This document shows positions 1 through 9,782 of a stretch of DNA of 64,000 nt, piece by piece. The number at the start of each line of letters is the position of its first letter. The first letter of the stretch is position 1. This stretch comes from Spirochaetales bacterium. GTDB lineage: Bacteria > Spirochaetota > Spirochaetia > JABEVK01. Under the pieces are notes generated by a model. The model made no database searches. It worked only from the letters and a program-made list of their open reading frames with translations, and had not been told where the DNA came from. The DNA is taken from assembly GCA_037142615.1 (NCBI GenBank), contig JBAXAI010000018.1, forward strand, positions 1 through 64,000, given 5' to 3'. A program made the translations under genes and the position numbers.

Positions 1-96
1 ATAGTTCAGGGCAAACGGACGCCGATGCCGGGGAGCCAGCAGGACCGCATGGTAGAACACCAGAAGAACCAAGAACAGCAGTTCGGCGATCCGCAT
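1..96 (-). CDS. 5' part of a hypothetical membrane protein, truncated by the window edge
   Basis: ATG at 96 opens MRIAELLFLVLLVFYHAVLLAPRHRRPFALNY with no stop before the edge; hydrophobic N-terminus; divergent from 149. Confidence 0.5.
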   Translation of the reverse strand, partial: MRIAELLFLVLLVFYHAVLLAPRHRRPFALNY

Positions 97-148
97 CTTG
101 AGGTCAGTTTACTGGACGGAACTTCCTTCTGCAAGCTAAGATGCCCTC

Positions 149-937
149 ATGCAGATTCAGGACTCCCAGGCCATTTTCAAGAAGTACAAAGGAACCACCA
201 TCAAGGTCGATTCCTTCTTTCTGAAAAGGACGAGTTTCGTGTCCAACCAAACTTTGCTCAAACTCGGTGAGTACAACCTGATGTGCGTTCCCGCCTACCT
301 TGGTTTCGAGCAGGCTCAGTTCCTGGTCGTCCTCACGCCTTCAGAGGTCAGCCTCTTCGGCAAGTTCACTTCTGTGACAAACACGCTGGTCATGACCTTT
401 GAAGAACACGAGTCCAAGGACGTCGCGAGGTTTCATATTCGTGTCAGTCTGGTGGCTATCACGCCCTTGGAGCGAAAGAACGTCTGCATGTTGACCGTGC
501 AATACAAGGCCATGCCCGCCGAGTTGATCATAATTCTGGGCGGCTTTCTCGACGAAATGGAGGCGCGCAAAAACGCCTTCGAGGGCCTGTCGCGCGACTG
601 GATTGAACTCAACGCAGAAAACTCAGAGATTCTGGGCTACAACAACTACGCCGAGCTTCTCCATGGGGCCGAACGGGTCAAGGTCAAACTTCTGTCGCTT
701 CACTCCAAGCAGGCAAAACTCGTGCTTCCTCACTCGATGACAGACTGGGAAGGCCGCCGTCCTACCGGGCTCAAACTCTACTTCCGGACAGCTCAGTTCA
801 CGGTGGATGGTGTCTTGGAGCCCGAATCGGTCTTCTCCATGAGTTTTTCTAATGAGCTCCTGAACTTGCTCGAGGACTTCCGGTTCCGCGAGACCGTTAG
901 CCATAAAAAAAAGGCCAGCCAGGAACCGTCGGCGTGA
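149..937 (+). CDS. Spirochaete PilZN3/PlzA-like two-domain protein with degenerate PilZ
   Basis: 262 aa; N-terminal LKLGEYNLMCVP...LVVLTPSEVSLF resembles PilZN3 proteins; no RxxxR motif. Confidence 0.55.
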   Translation: MQIQDSQAIFKKYKGTTIKVDSFFLKRTSFVSNQTLLKLGEYNLMCVPAYLGFEQAQFLVVLTPSEVSLFGKFTSVTNTLVMTFEEHESKDVARFHIRVSLVAITPLERKNVCMLTVQYKAMPAELIIILGGFLDEMEARKNAFEGLSRDWIELNAENSEILGYNNYAELLHGAERVKVKLLSLHSKQAKLVLPHSMTDWEGRRPTGLKLYFRTAQFTVDGVLEPESVFSMSFSNELLNLLEDFRFRETVSHKKKASQEPSA

Positions 938-1692
938 AACTCACGTTCTTGGGCACGGGGACCTCCACCGGAATACCCATGGTCGGTTGCCTTTGCCCCG
1001 TCTGCCATTCTACCGATTCCCGAAATCGGCGCCGGCGCGCGTCGGTGCTTCTCTTGGAGGGACAGACTTCGGTTCTCATCGATGCGGGCCCGGACTTTCG
1101 GATCCAGGCCCTCGAACAAGGATTGCACCACCTCGATGCCGTTGTCCTGACTCACGCGCACGCTGACCACATTCTCGGGCTCGACGACCTGCGGCCCCTG
1201 AGTTGGGAGCGTGGCATTCCCATCGCCTCGGATGCCGGGACACTCAAGCAGGTTCGTCGCATCTTTCCTTACTTCTTTTCACAGGTGCCCGGCAAGTCGT
1301 CCCGCCCGAGGGTCAGCCTGGAGGTACTCAAGCCCGGAAAGGAACGCACTTGGGGCGAACTCACCGTTTTGCCACTCGCGATTCAGCACGGCGACGATAC
1401 GATCTTGGGCTTTCGTTGCGGCCCCGTTGCCTACCTCACCGACTGCAATGGAATCCCCGGCGAAACTCTGGAACGCTTGTCTGACCTGGAGGTTCTGATC
1501 CTCGGGGCGCTTCGCTACAAGCCTCACCCCACCCACTTTCACTTGGCAACCGCCCTCGAGATGGCGGCCCGGGTTGGGGCCCGGCGGACGATTCTCACCC
1601 ACCTCAGCCACGACTTCGACCACGACGTTCTGGCTGCCGAGCTCCCTCCCGGCATCGCCCCAGCCTACGACGGCCTCGTTCTGGAGTTCTAG
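934..1692 (+). CDS. MBL-fold metallo-hydrolase (PhnP-like)
   Basis: LGTGTSTGIP, CxCxxC, THAHADH, YLTD, HPTH, THLSH, AYDG motifs. Confidence 0.9.
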   Translation: MKLTFLGTGTSTGIPMVGCLCPVCHSTDSRNRRRRASVLLLEGQTSVLIDAGPDFRIQALEQGLHHLDAVVLTHAHADHILGLDDLRPLSWERGIPIASDAGTLKQVRRIFPYFFSQVPGKSSRPRVSLEVLKPGKERTWGELTVLPLAIQHGDDTILGFRCGPVAYLTDCNGIPGETLERLSDLEVLILGALRYKPHPTHFHLATALEMAARVGARRTILTHLSHDFDHDVLAAELPPGIAPAYDGLVLEF

Positions 1693-1693
1693 G

Positions 1694-1741
1694 AACCAAA
1701 TAAAAAAACCCGAAACAGTGTTCGGGTTTTTTTATTTGGTT
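1694..1741. terminator. Bidirectional intrinsic terminator (21-bp perfect inverted repeat)
   Basis: aaccaaataaaaaaacccgaa-acagtg-ttcgggtttttttatttggtt between the convergent MBL gene and tRNA-Asp. Confidence 0.85.
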
Positions 1742-1742
1742 T

Positions 1743-1816
<74 letters not shown>

Positions 1817-1847
1817 AGTGTACTTTTCTGCCCGTCCAGGGAGCAAT

Positions 1848-1920
<73 letters not shown>

Positions 1921-1955
1921 AGACTCAGGCACTATAAAAAAAAGCCCTCGCTGTG

Positions 1956-2660
1956 TCAATACAAGGCACGAAAGGTCACCGGAGTTTCGAGGGAAAGCAC
2001 CCGGGCCAGTGGCCAGCGGCAAATCAACGTGGTCCCCTGAATCTCGGCTACGCCTTCCGACTGCATCGGTGCTGAGGGGAGCTTGACTCGCAGTTCGACG
2101 GCACTCTGGCTGACCACCACCGAAGAGGCCGCATCGTAGGGCTCCAGAAGGTAGGCCAGCAACCGAGAATAGTCTGCCTGCGTCACCTTGGCTTTTTCGG
2201 CCGGAAGCAGTGTGTTAAGCGAAGTAGACTTGGACCACGAGGTCAAGGCCGCCACCGAGCGCAAAGCCTTGCGGTCGAGCGTGACGATCAACCGCGTGTG
2301 GTCGCCCTCAGGCAACAGTTGGATCAGGCCGGGCACTCCCAGCGCGTTGCGGCTGTCGGGAACGGTAAAACGGACGACGGTTTCTGCGCCCTGGCGGGCC
2401 ACGGTAGGCCCGGTCAACACCGGTGAGGTTTTCGAACTCTGAGCCTCCAACGACTTTTTGAGGTAAACAACGTCGACCGGGCTCGTCGGCAGGGTGGAAT
2501 CCAAGTCGGAGAGGTCCTTCCAGTACGCTAGGAAGGAGGGGTGGGCACTCACACGGGCCACGACTTCGGCCTTGCCAGAAAGAGAAAGGTCCACGTTGGC
2601 CACCACAGTACAGGACGCAAGCGTGAGCAAGAAGACCGAACAAAGGCGCAACAACAGCAT
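1956..2660 (-). CDS. Hypothetical lipoprotein
   Basis: Hydrophobic signal ending LTLASC; TATAGT 6 nt upstream of ATG at 2660. Confidence 0.7.
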   Translation of the reverse strand: MLLLRLCSVFLLTLASCTVVANVDLSLSGKAEVVARVSAHPSFLAYWKDLSDLDSTLPTSPVDVVYLKKSLEAQSSKTSPVLTGPTVARQGAETVVRFTVPDSRNALGVPGLIQLLPEGDHTRLIVTLDRKALRSVAALTSWSKSTSLNTLLPAEKAKVTQADYSRLLAYLLEPYDAASSVVVSQSAVELRVKLPSAPMQSEGVAEIQGTTLICRWPLARVLSLETPVTFRALY

Positions 2661-2730
2661 GCCGACACTATAGCGCGAATCTGGGGCGACGGGGTACAAT
2701 CCTGCTCAATTCTCGACTCAGGAGTCGTTC

Positions 2731-3570
2731 ATGAAAGGCGTCATCGTCGCGGCCGGCTACGGAACCCGGTTCTTGCCCGTCACCAAAACCATTGCCAAGG
2801 AAATGCTGCCTCTGCTGAACAAGCCGTCCATCTCGTTCATCATCGAGGAGTTCCTTGCCAGCGGGATCAACGATATCATCGTCGTTACTTCGCGACGCAA
2901 GCGTTCCCTAGAAGACTTCCTTGACCGCGAAATGGAACTCGAGGCCCTTTTCGAGTCCGAACACGCCAAAGCCAAGCTCGACCTGATCCGCCCCTATCCC
3001 GCACATTTCTCCTTTGTCCGGCAAATGGAGATGAAAGGGACAGGGCACGCTTTACTCCAGGTGAAACCCCTGATCGCCGGCGAACCTGTGGTCGTTGCTT
3101 ACCCCGACGACCTGCACTTTGGAACCAAGCCACTGGCGCGGCAGCTCATCGAAACCTGGGAGAAACATCAGTGCTCGGTGTTGTCGAGCTTTTATGATCC
3201 GCCGGAACTGGAGCGCTACGGCGTGCTCGACCTTGCCGCCGATGGCCTGCATGTCAAAGACATTGTCGAAAAGCCCAAGAAGGGAACCGAGCCGAGCCGG
3301 GAGGCGTCGATGGGGCGCTACCTCTACACCCCCGAGTTTTTCGACTATCTGGAGGAGGGCTGGCGCTACCATACAGGGACAGGCGAGTATTACCATGTCT
3401 ACGCGCTGAACAAACTCATGAAAGAGGGCAAGGTCGTCTACAAGCGCATGGAGGGCGAGCGCATGGACACCGGCAACGTTTCCGGCTTTTTGCAGGCCAC
3501 ACTTCGCTACGCCAAGCAGTTTCCCGAACTACGCCAGATCATCAAGGACGAAGCCGCAGAGTTAATGTAA
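2731..3570 (+). CDS. galU: UTP--glucose-1-phosphate uridylyltransferase
   Basis: AAGYGTRFLPVTKTIAKEMLP, RQ...GTGHA, VEKP, GRY, DTG; SD AGGAG. Confidence 0.9.
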   Translation: MKGVIVAAGYGTRFLPVTKTIAKEMLPLLNKPSISFIIEEFLASGINDIIVVTSRRKRSLEDFLDREMELEALFESEHAKAKLDLIRPYPAHFSFVRQMEMKGTGHALLQVKPLIAGEPVVVAYPDDLHFGTKPLARQLIETWEKHQCSVLSSFYDPPELERYGVLDLAADGLHVKDIVEKPKKGTEPSREASMGRYLYTPEFFDYLEEGWRYHTGTGEYYHVYALNKLMKEGKVVYKRMEGERMDTGNVSGFLQATLRYAKQFPELRQIIKDEAAELM

Positions 3571-3574
3571 GTTG

Positions 3575-4714
3575 TTATTGAACAGGTACTTCGACGCGTG
3601 GAACCCGGCGGGCGAGGCCGCAAAGAATTTCGTAGCTAATGGTTCCGGCCAGGGCTGCAAGGTCGTCAGCGTCGGGCGGCGAAGGTTCGCCCGGGCGGGC
3701 CTCGCCGAGAAGGACGACCTCGTCTCCCACCGAGAGACCTGAGTCGGGGCCGACATCGACCAACAGTTGGTCCATGCAGACGGTGCCCGACACGTGGTAA
3801 AGCCTGCCCCCCACCAAGAGACTCGCCAGATTGGTAAAGCTGCGCCGATAGCCGTCGGCATAACCTATTGGTACGGTAGCAACGTCAGACTTTTCGCGGG
3901 TGATATAGCGCGAACCGTACGAGAGTGCCGTTCCAGCTCCCACGGTTTTCAGGTGGGCAACGCGTGACACGAGTTCCAGCACGGGCCGGAGGCCAGCGAT
4001 CGGTTGGTCGCGGTCTGGCGGGTATCCATAGAGGCTGATGCCGGGGCGGGCCAGATTAAAGCGCGTCGCATGGGCCCGATAGTCGGGCTGACCCAGGAGG
4101 GCTCCGGAGTTGGCCGCGTGGACGTAACGGGCCTCAAAGCCGCGTGAGTCCAACTCGTCGAGTACCACGCCGAAGCGCTCAAGTTGCCTGGCGACCGAGA
4201 TCGGCCCCGGCGCTTCCGACGAAGCAAAATGGGTGCACAGACCCTCGAACTCCAAATGGAGGTTGTGCACAATGGAGTGTGCCAATTCCCCGGCCACCTC
4301 GGGTGGGCAGCCCAGACGCCCCATCCCTGTGTCGATCTTGAGATGCACGGGCACCACTTTGCCAGCTTGGCGGCCTGCCTCGGCGAGGAGTTCCACGTGT
4401 GAGCGACTCGATACGAGGGGTTGAAGGTCACACCCGACCGCATCAGCCCATTCGTCGTCCTGCAACGCTCCGTAGAGCAAAATGGCGCCGGTGATTCCAG
4501 CTCGCCGAAGTTCGAGACCTTCCTCGACCGTCGCAACACCCAGATGACTCACCCCGGCTTCTTTGAGCCGCCTCGCGATCAGAACCGCGCCGTGACCATA
4601 GGCGTCGGCCTTCACGGCAGCACAAAGTTTGTTCCCAAGGCCCACGTGGTTGCGTAGAACCTCCAAGTTGTTGAGCAGTCGCGAGGTATGGATCAGGGCA
4701 CGGGTTGCGCGGAT
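3575..4714 (-). CDS. alr: Alanine racemase (start probably ATC at 4714; ORF track uses GTG at 4747)
   Basis: AVKADAYGHG (PLP Lys), HLKIDTGMGRLG, HAANS, RPGISLYG, SYG, GYADG, CMDQ, GTISYE. Confidence 0.95.
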   Translation of the reverse strand: MRATRALIHTSRLLNNLEVLRNHVGLGNKLCAAVKADAYGHGAVLIARRLKEAGVSHLGVATVEEGLELRRAGITGAILLYGALQDDEWADAVGCDLQPLVSSRSHVELLAEAGRQAGKVVPVHLKIDTGMGRLGCPPEVAGELAHSIVHNLHLEFEGLCTHFASSEAPGPISVARQLERFGVVLDELDSRGFEARYVHAANSGALLGQPDYRAHATRFNLARPGISLYGYPPDRDQPIAGLRPVLELVSRVAHLKTVGAGTALSYGSRYITREKSDVATVPIGYADGYRRSFTNLASLLVGGRLYHVSGTVCMDQLLVDVGPDSGLSVGDEVVLLGEARPGEPSPPDADDLAALAGTISYEILCGLARRVPRVEVPVQ

Positions 4715-4749
4715 GCGAAAACCTCCAGAATGTGTTATATTTAGCACAC

Positions 4750-6531
4750 ATGCAGACCTCCTCTCAAGGCAAGGCCTTTCAGTTCCACTTCCTCGCTGTT
4801 CCCTTTGCAGTTTTGCTGTTGAGTCTGCTTGTCGCCTGTAGCGATGGTCTCTTGCTCAGCGAGACTGACGCAACGGCCCGCGTCGCCTACGTTCCCGTCA
4901 CCGAACTGGCGGCTGGCCAGATTCAAAAAGCGGATACACCGTTGATCCTGAAACTCGAGGGCGTCGAAGCCTCCAATTGGACCGTGTCCATTGTGTCGTC
5001 GGCTCAGGATCCACTTTGGCAAAAAACCTTCCACATTACCGACAAGACCGAGCCGACCATCACCCCCAAAGACTGGGAATCCATTCTTCAAAACAAGAAG
5101 GTTACGCCGAGGCTCACGCTGCAGGGTCAGGCCACGGCCGCAGACCGCAAACCGGCCGAGTTCCATGTTCCTTTCTACCTGTTTCGCAACGTCCCCGTGC
5201 TCACGATTTCGACTGTACCTGTCGAGGTCGAACCCGAGGCTTGGCTAGGGAGCCAAGCCTTCCTTTCCGATTCTTCCGGGCTGGCGCTGGAACCCACTGG
5301 TTGGATTGTCTGGAAGGTTGGTGGTCAGGCTTTGGCCTCCGGCTCGTTTGCTGAGAAATCGCTGTTGTGGTGGAAGGCCGACTCCAAGCCGGGAACTTCC
5401 GAGATGGAGGCTTCCTGGTACCCTGAAGTTCCCTCAACTGATCCCCTTGACTCGGCGCCACCGCCGGTTGTCGTGGTTTCCCTTCCCGTGGTTACATCGA
5501 CGCCCCGACCCATTTCCGGAGAACTCGTGCCCGAGGAGTCCTACTCGGCACTTTGGCACTTTCGTGGGACGCTCAATGACCGCACGGGAAAGTCCAGTTT
5601 GGCAGACTCGGGCAAGACTTCGACTTCGTGGGCACTGCTGAACGGAATGGTAGCCGCGTGGCTCTCGGTGGACTCCCGCCTTTCGGGAAAGGGTCTCGAG
5701 TTCCTCAAAGACGGGCTTCGTCCTTTCACCCTCAATCTCGCGTTCAAGCCGTCCGAAACCGCCCAGGAAACGATCCTTTGGCAGACGTTGGACTCCAACG
5801 GCGAACCTCTGCTCGAACTAGCGCTGAAAGCCGGAGGGAAGCCCACCTTCCGGGCCTACTCAGCCCCCAAGGTCTACCAAGAGCTTGAAGCCGGCGTCAT
5901 GCTCACGCCGGACTTCACGACCCTCAGTCTCTCTGCTTTCCCGAGTGACAAAGACTGGTCGCTCGTCTGGTACCAAAATGGCACCCGGACCGCGTCGGGC
6001 AAGCTAACGCAAGTCAAGGGGTTACCCACAGGCCCCGGCGGCAGTTCCCAGCGTTGGGCAGGTCCGGTCTGGTGGGACGAGGCCGGCTTTTACACCAAGA
6101 CCCCCAAAGGAGTCGCGTCGACCGACCCCGATGTCTTTGAAAGGGCGCTCGAGCAGAAGTTCGGAACCGACTTGGTTTTGGCTCAGGGTTTCGATGGTAT
6201 GGCCACCCCCGCCGGTTGGACCTTGCCTGAACTCGGCAGCGACCTCTCGGTAACACTCGCTCCCGATACCAGTATACTTTCGCCGTTGGTCGAGGTGCCG
6301 AGTGGAGCTTTGACCTTTGGTTTCCGTTCTCCGTTGCCGTCAAAGGTAGCCATTCAAATCGTCGATTCTTCGGACAAGGTCCTGTGGAAGTCGTCTTCCG
6401 AAGTTGCAGCGACCGGACAGGTCTGGGATCGGGGCAAGGCTCCTCCTCTTTCGGTTCGGATTGAATGGAAAAATATCGGGACCACGGCGATTTCCCTTGA
6501 CGAACTTTCCATTATTCGGAAGATGGAGTAA
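4750..6531 (+). CDS. Hypothetical lipoprotein, beta-rich, possible LamG/concanavalin-like region
   Basis: Lipobox-like LLVAC; WHFRGTLNDRTG and WYQNG-type strands. Confidence 0.6.
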   Translation: MQTSSQGKAFQFHFLAVPFAVLLLSLLVACSDGLLLSETDATARVAYVPVTELAAGQIQKADTPLILKLEGVEASNWTVSIVSSAQDPLWQKTFHITDKTEPTITPKDWESILQNKKVTPRLTLQGQATAADRKPAEFHVPFYLFRNVPVLTISTVPVEVEPEAWLGSQAFLSDSSGLALEPTGWIVWKVGGQALASGSFAEKSLLWWKADSKPGTSEMEASWYPEVPSTDPLDSAPPPVVVVSLPVVTSTPRPISGELVPEESYSALWHFRGTLNDRTGKSSLADSGKTSTSWALLNGMVAAWLSVDSRLSGKGLEFLKDGLRPFTLNLAFKPSETAQETILWQTLDSNGEPLLELALKAGGKPTFRAYSAPKVYQELEAGVMLTPDFTTLSLSAFPSDKDWSLVWYQNGTRTASGKLTQVKGLPTGPGGSSQRWAGPVWWDEAGFYTKTPKGVASTDPDVFERALEQKFGTDLVLAQGFDGMATPAGWTLPELGSDLSVTLAPDTSILSPLVEVPSGALTFGFRSPLPSKVAIQIVDSSDKVLWKSSSEVAATGQVWDRGKAPPLSVRIEWKNIGTTAISLDELSIIRKME

Positions 6532-6552
6532 TCACCTAACGTTTGGATTCTG

Positions 6553-7956
6553 ATGAAACTAGTCATCTATTGTCTTTCGGTTGCATTGCTTCTCGTTTCC
6601 TGCACATCGACTCCTCCTGTAGTTCCGCCACAACCGCAGCCCGAAGCCCCAATTCAAGTTGTCACCCCTGAAACGCCCGTGCCTGATTGGACAGGTCTGA
6701 CCTTCCTCGACGAGGCCGGCAAGCACTTTCTTGTTGTAACCGGCTCTACTGATAGTTCTTGGGCTGAGCTCTTGGCTGATGCTGTCTTGAAGGCCACCGG
6801 TGAGCCAAACACACCCTGGGTGAACGAGCACTCCGTTTCCGTGCCGGCACCGGACTTTGTCAAGAACAAGGTTGGTTGGTGGAAGGTAGAGTACGCACCA
6901 CCGGTTAAGGCCCCCCCCGCGACTCCCGTGGTTGTTGAAGTTCCCAAGCCCATCGATCCAGCCCTTCAGTGGATGGCGGCGGCGGATGCCGTGATGGCCA
7001 GGGGCGATGTCCTGGGCGCCGTAAACGCCTACCTCGAAGCTGCGACCCGAGCACTCGATCTGCCAGCCAGCGAGGGATCTCTCCGCTTTCCCGAGTTTTT
7101 TGACCGCGCGCTTGCGGTTGTTGGCCAGTTGTCCCTGACCGCCGTCCCCGCAACCTACCAAACGAAGACAGGGACCGCGTTCGATCAGCCGTTTCAGGTC
7201 AAGGTCACGTACAAGAATGGTTCCTCAAGCTTGCCGGTCGCTTCTGCCCCCCTCCGGTTCAGCATAAAACTCAAGAAGAACGGTCGGATGACGGTCAGCG
7301 GGCAAACCTTGATCACAGATGCCTCGGGCGTAGCTTCGTTTACATTCCCGGTGCCGGACTTCTCGGCGCAGGACGAACTCGTGGCGGTCCTCGACATCAA
7401 CAATTGGCTCGAAAAGCTGGTCAGTGTTCCCAGGGATCTCCAACCACGTCTTCGTTCGCTTGAAACCCTGACCGGCCAAAAGCGGGTAACGATTCCCTAC
7501 AAGATCGAGTCTGTTTCCAAGTCGATACCCCTGTCAGTTTCGTTCGCGGACTACGACGAAAAGGGCGGGGTGCTCAAGAAGAATGATACCCTCAATACCT
7601 TGGTTTCCTCGCTGTCAAAGAGTGGCTATACGGCAGCCGTCAACACGAACATTAACCTGGCGCTGCTCAAGAAAGACGACAAGACGGTTTTGCTTGCCTG
7701 GCTCAGCCAGGGAAAAAAGTCCGGTCGGGCAGCTTTTGGAACCTCCACGGTAGCCGAGGTGACTTCAGCTGACAAGAAGTTCACCGCCACCGTCAATAGC
7801 ACCCTGAAAGTCTACGACCTCGAAACCCAAAAGCTGGTTCACCAGCAAAAGGGTGGCAAAACCGCGACCGCCAACGATCGCACGACGGCAATCTCGCAGG
7901 CCCTTTCTCAATTGGCCAACGATTTTGTGGCCGTTTTGAACGACGAATTACCCTGA
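6553..7956 (+). CDS. Hypothetical lipoprotein with Ig-like (Big_1-like) central region
   Basis: LLLVSC lipobox, Pro-rich linker, PFQVKV...TDASGVASF. Confidence 0.65.
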   Translation: MKLVIYCLSVALLLVSCTSTPPVVPPQPQPEAPIQVVTPETPVPDWTGLTFLDEAGKHFLVVTGSTDSSWAELLADAVLKATGEPNTPWVNEHSVSVPAPDFVKNKVGWWKVEYAPPVKAPPATPVVVEVPKPIDPALQWMAAADAVMARGDVLGAVNAYLEAATRALDLPASEGSLRFPEFFDRALAVVGQLSLTAVPATYQTKTGTAFDQPFQVKVTYKNGSSSLPVASAPLRFSIKLKKNGRMTVSGQTLITDASGVASFTFPVPDFSAQDELVAVLDINNWLEKLVSVPRDLQPRLRSLETLTGQKRVTIPYKIESVSKSIPLSVSFADYDEKGGVLKKNDTLNTLVSSLSKSGYTAAVNTNINLALLKKDDKTVLLAWLSQGKKSGRAAFGTSTVAEVTSADKKFTATVNSTLKVYDLETQKLVHQQKGGKTATANDRTTAISQALSQLANDFVAVLNDELP

Positions 7957-8421
7957 GATCTTTTTCTTCAAGGCTGCGAGGGCATCTTCCGCCTGCCAGG
8001 ACTTAACGGCAGGTGTCACTGCGTCGGGCTCACCCGCCAGCTGATTGAGGCCCTGTTGCAAGGCCTCGGTGTTGACGGTTCGCTGAGTCAGCGGCAACAG
8101 CAAGAGGTCCTTCTTCAACTTTGCCACGCCGTCACGGAACTCCCAAACTTCCATTTCCAGCTTTGTTTTGTGGCCCGTCAGTTCCTGGACGCGGGCAGTC
8201 GCTTGGGCCTGTAGGTCGACCATCCCTTTTTGGACCGCAAGCTTGGCTCTCGCCGTCCATTGGGCTAGGTCGGTCTCGCAGACCTGCAGGTCGAGCTCGG
8301 TTTTTTTGAGGTGAGTCGCCAGCGACAGAACGTAGGACTTGGCGTCCTGGGGACTCATGCCGGTCAAGTCAAAAAGGGGTTGCCCGGGGAGGTTAGGGGT
8401 GGGGGAATCAAGATCGCTCAA
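7948..8421 (-). CDS. PspA/IM30-like coiled-coil protein
   Basis: WTARAKLAVQKGMVDLQAQA and C-terminal EDALAALKKK; SD AGGAG before TTG at 8421. Confidence 0.6.
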   Translation of the reverse strand: MSDLDSPTPNLPGQPLFDLTGMSPQDAKSYVLSLATHLKKTELDLQVCETDLAQWTARAKLAVQKGMVDLQAQATARVQELTGHKTKLEMEVWEFRDGVAKLKKDLLLLPLTQRTVNTEALQQGLNQLAGEPDAVTPAVKSWQAEDALAALKKKISG

Positions 8422-8481
8422 AGAAATGCTCCTAAAGCAGAGAATCAAACCTTAATTCTTTGTAACATTGGTGGTCCTTGC

Positions 8482-8511
8482 TTGACCAGACTTTCGTGCT
8501 CCCCCTATAGT
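8482..8511 (+). promoter_or_regulatory. Sigma-70-type promoter of the liv operon
   Basis: TTGACC-N18-TATAGT. Confidence 0.6.
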
Positions 8512-8565
8512 TTCCCCGATTACCAACCGGAACAGTCAAGATTCCGGAAACATCAAGGAGTCAGC

Positions 8566-9708
8566 ATGAAGAAGATTTTCTCCGTGGCCCTGGCGGTTGT
8601 TGCCGCCCTCGCCCTCGTGTCCTGCGCCCCCGAAGCGCCCAAGACCATCAAGATCGGGACCATCCAGCCCCTGACCGGTGCCATCGCCGTTTACGGCAAG
8701 AACGTCACCAACGCTGTCCAGCTTGCCGTGGACGAAGTCAATGCCGCCGGCGGTATCGGCGGCAAGAAAGTGGAACTGATCGTCGAAGACGACAGCTTCA
8801 AGCCCGACAACACTGTCGCCGCGTTCAAGAAGCTCGTCACCAAGGACCAGGTTGTGGCCATCGTCGGTGCCTTGACTTCGAACTGCACCTTGTCGATCAC
8901 CGCCTTGGCCCAGGGCGCCAAGATTCCGCTCATCACCCCCACCTCGACCAACGACAAGGTGACCGATGCCGGCGACTACGTGTTCCAGGCCTGCTACAAG
9001 GACAGCTTCCAAGGTAAGGTTGTGGCAAACTTCGCCGCGACCACGCTCAAAGCAAAGACTGTCGGTATTCTTTTCGACAACGCCAACGACTACTCCAAGG
9101 GCTTGAAGACCAACTTCGAAGCGACCTTCACTGCCGACGGTGGCCAAGTTGTTTCGGAATCCTACGCCACGGGCGACAAGGACTTCAACGCTCAGATCGC
9201 CAAGATCAAAGCCGCCAAGCCGGATGCCCTGTTCCTGCCCGACTACTACAACGCCGTTTCTTTGCTGGCGAAGCAGATCCGCGCCGCCGGTATCACCGTT
9301 CCCTTGTTGGGTGCTGACGGCTGGGACGACGCTGTCGGTACCGACAACGCCGACTTGGTGGGCGCTTACTACTCGAACCACTTCTCCAAGGAAGCCGCTA
9401 GCGACACCGCCAAGGCCTACCTGGCTGCCTACAATACCAAGTACGGCTACGACACCGACGCCCTTGCCGCGCTCGGCTACGACGCCACGAAGATTCTGTT
9501 GAACTCCATTGCCGCCGCTGACAAGGCCGGAAAGTTGACCTCGGAAGAAATCCGCAATCAGCTTGCCGCCACCAAGGGCACCTTTGTAACCGGCGACATC
9601 AGCTTTGATGCCAACCGCAACACCGTCAAGTCGGCCGTCATCGTCCAAATCGGCGCCGGCGACGACAAGAAGTTGTTTACCAAGTACGTCGCGACCGTGA
9701 ACCCCTAA
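8566..9708 (+). CDS. livK: Branched-chain amino acid ABC transporter substrate-binding lipoprotein
   Basis: ALVSC lipobox; IKIG..PLTG..A.YG, GGIGGKKVEL, ALGYDA; SD AAGGAG. Confidence 0.9.
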   Translation: MKKIFSVALAVVAALALVSCAPEAPKTIKIGTIQPLTGAIAVYGKNVTNAVQLAVDEVNAAGGIGGKKVELIVEDDSFKPDNTVAAFKKLVTKDQVVAIVGALTSNCTLSITALAQGAKIPLITPTSTNDKVTDAGDYVFQACYKDSFQGKVVANFAATTLKAKTVGILFDNANDYSKGLKTNFEATFTADGGQVVSESYATGDKDFNAQIAKIKAAKPDALFLPDYYNAVSLLAKQIRAAGITVPLLGADGWDDAVGTDNADLVGAYYSNHFSKEAASDTAKAYLAAYNTKYGYDTDALAALGYDATKILLNSIAAADKAGKLTSEEIRNQLAATKGTFVTGDISFDANRNTVKSAVIVQIGAGDDKKLFTKYVATVNP

Positions 9709-9726
9709 TCGGGTTTCCGAGAAGTG

Positions 9727-9754
9727 AAAAAAGGGGGCCGACAGGCCCCCTTTT
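9727..9754 (+). terminator. Hairpin/terminator between livK and livH
   Basis: aaaaaagggggcc-gaca-ggcccccttttc. Confidence 0.7.
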
Positions 9755-9782
9755 CTATGTTAGACTCTCGGCAAGGTTGGCC

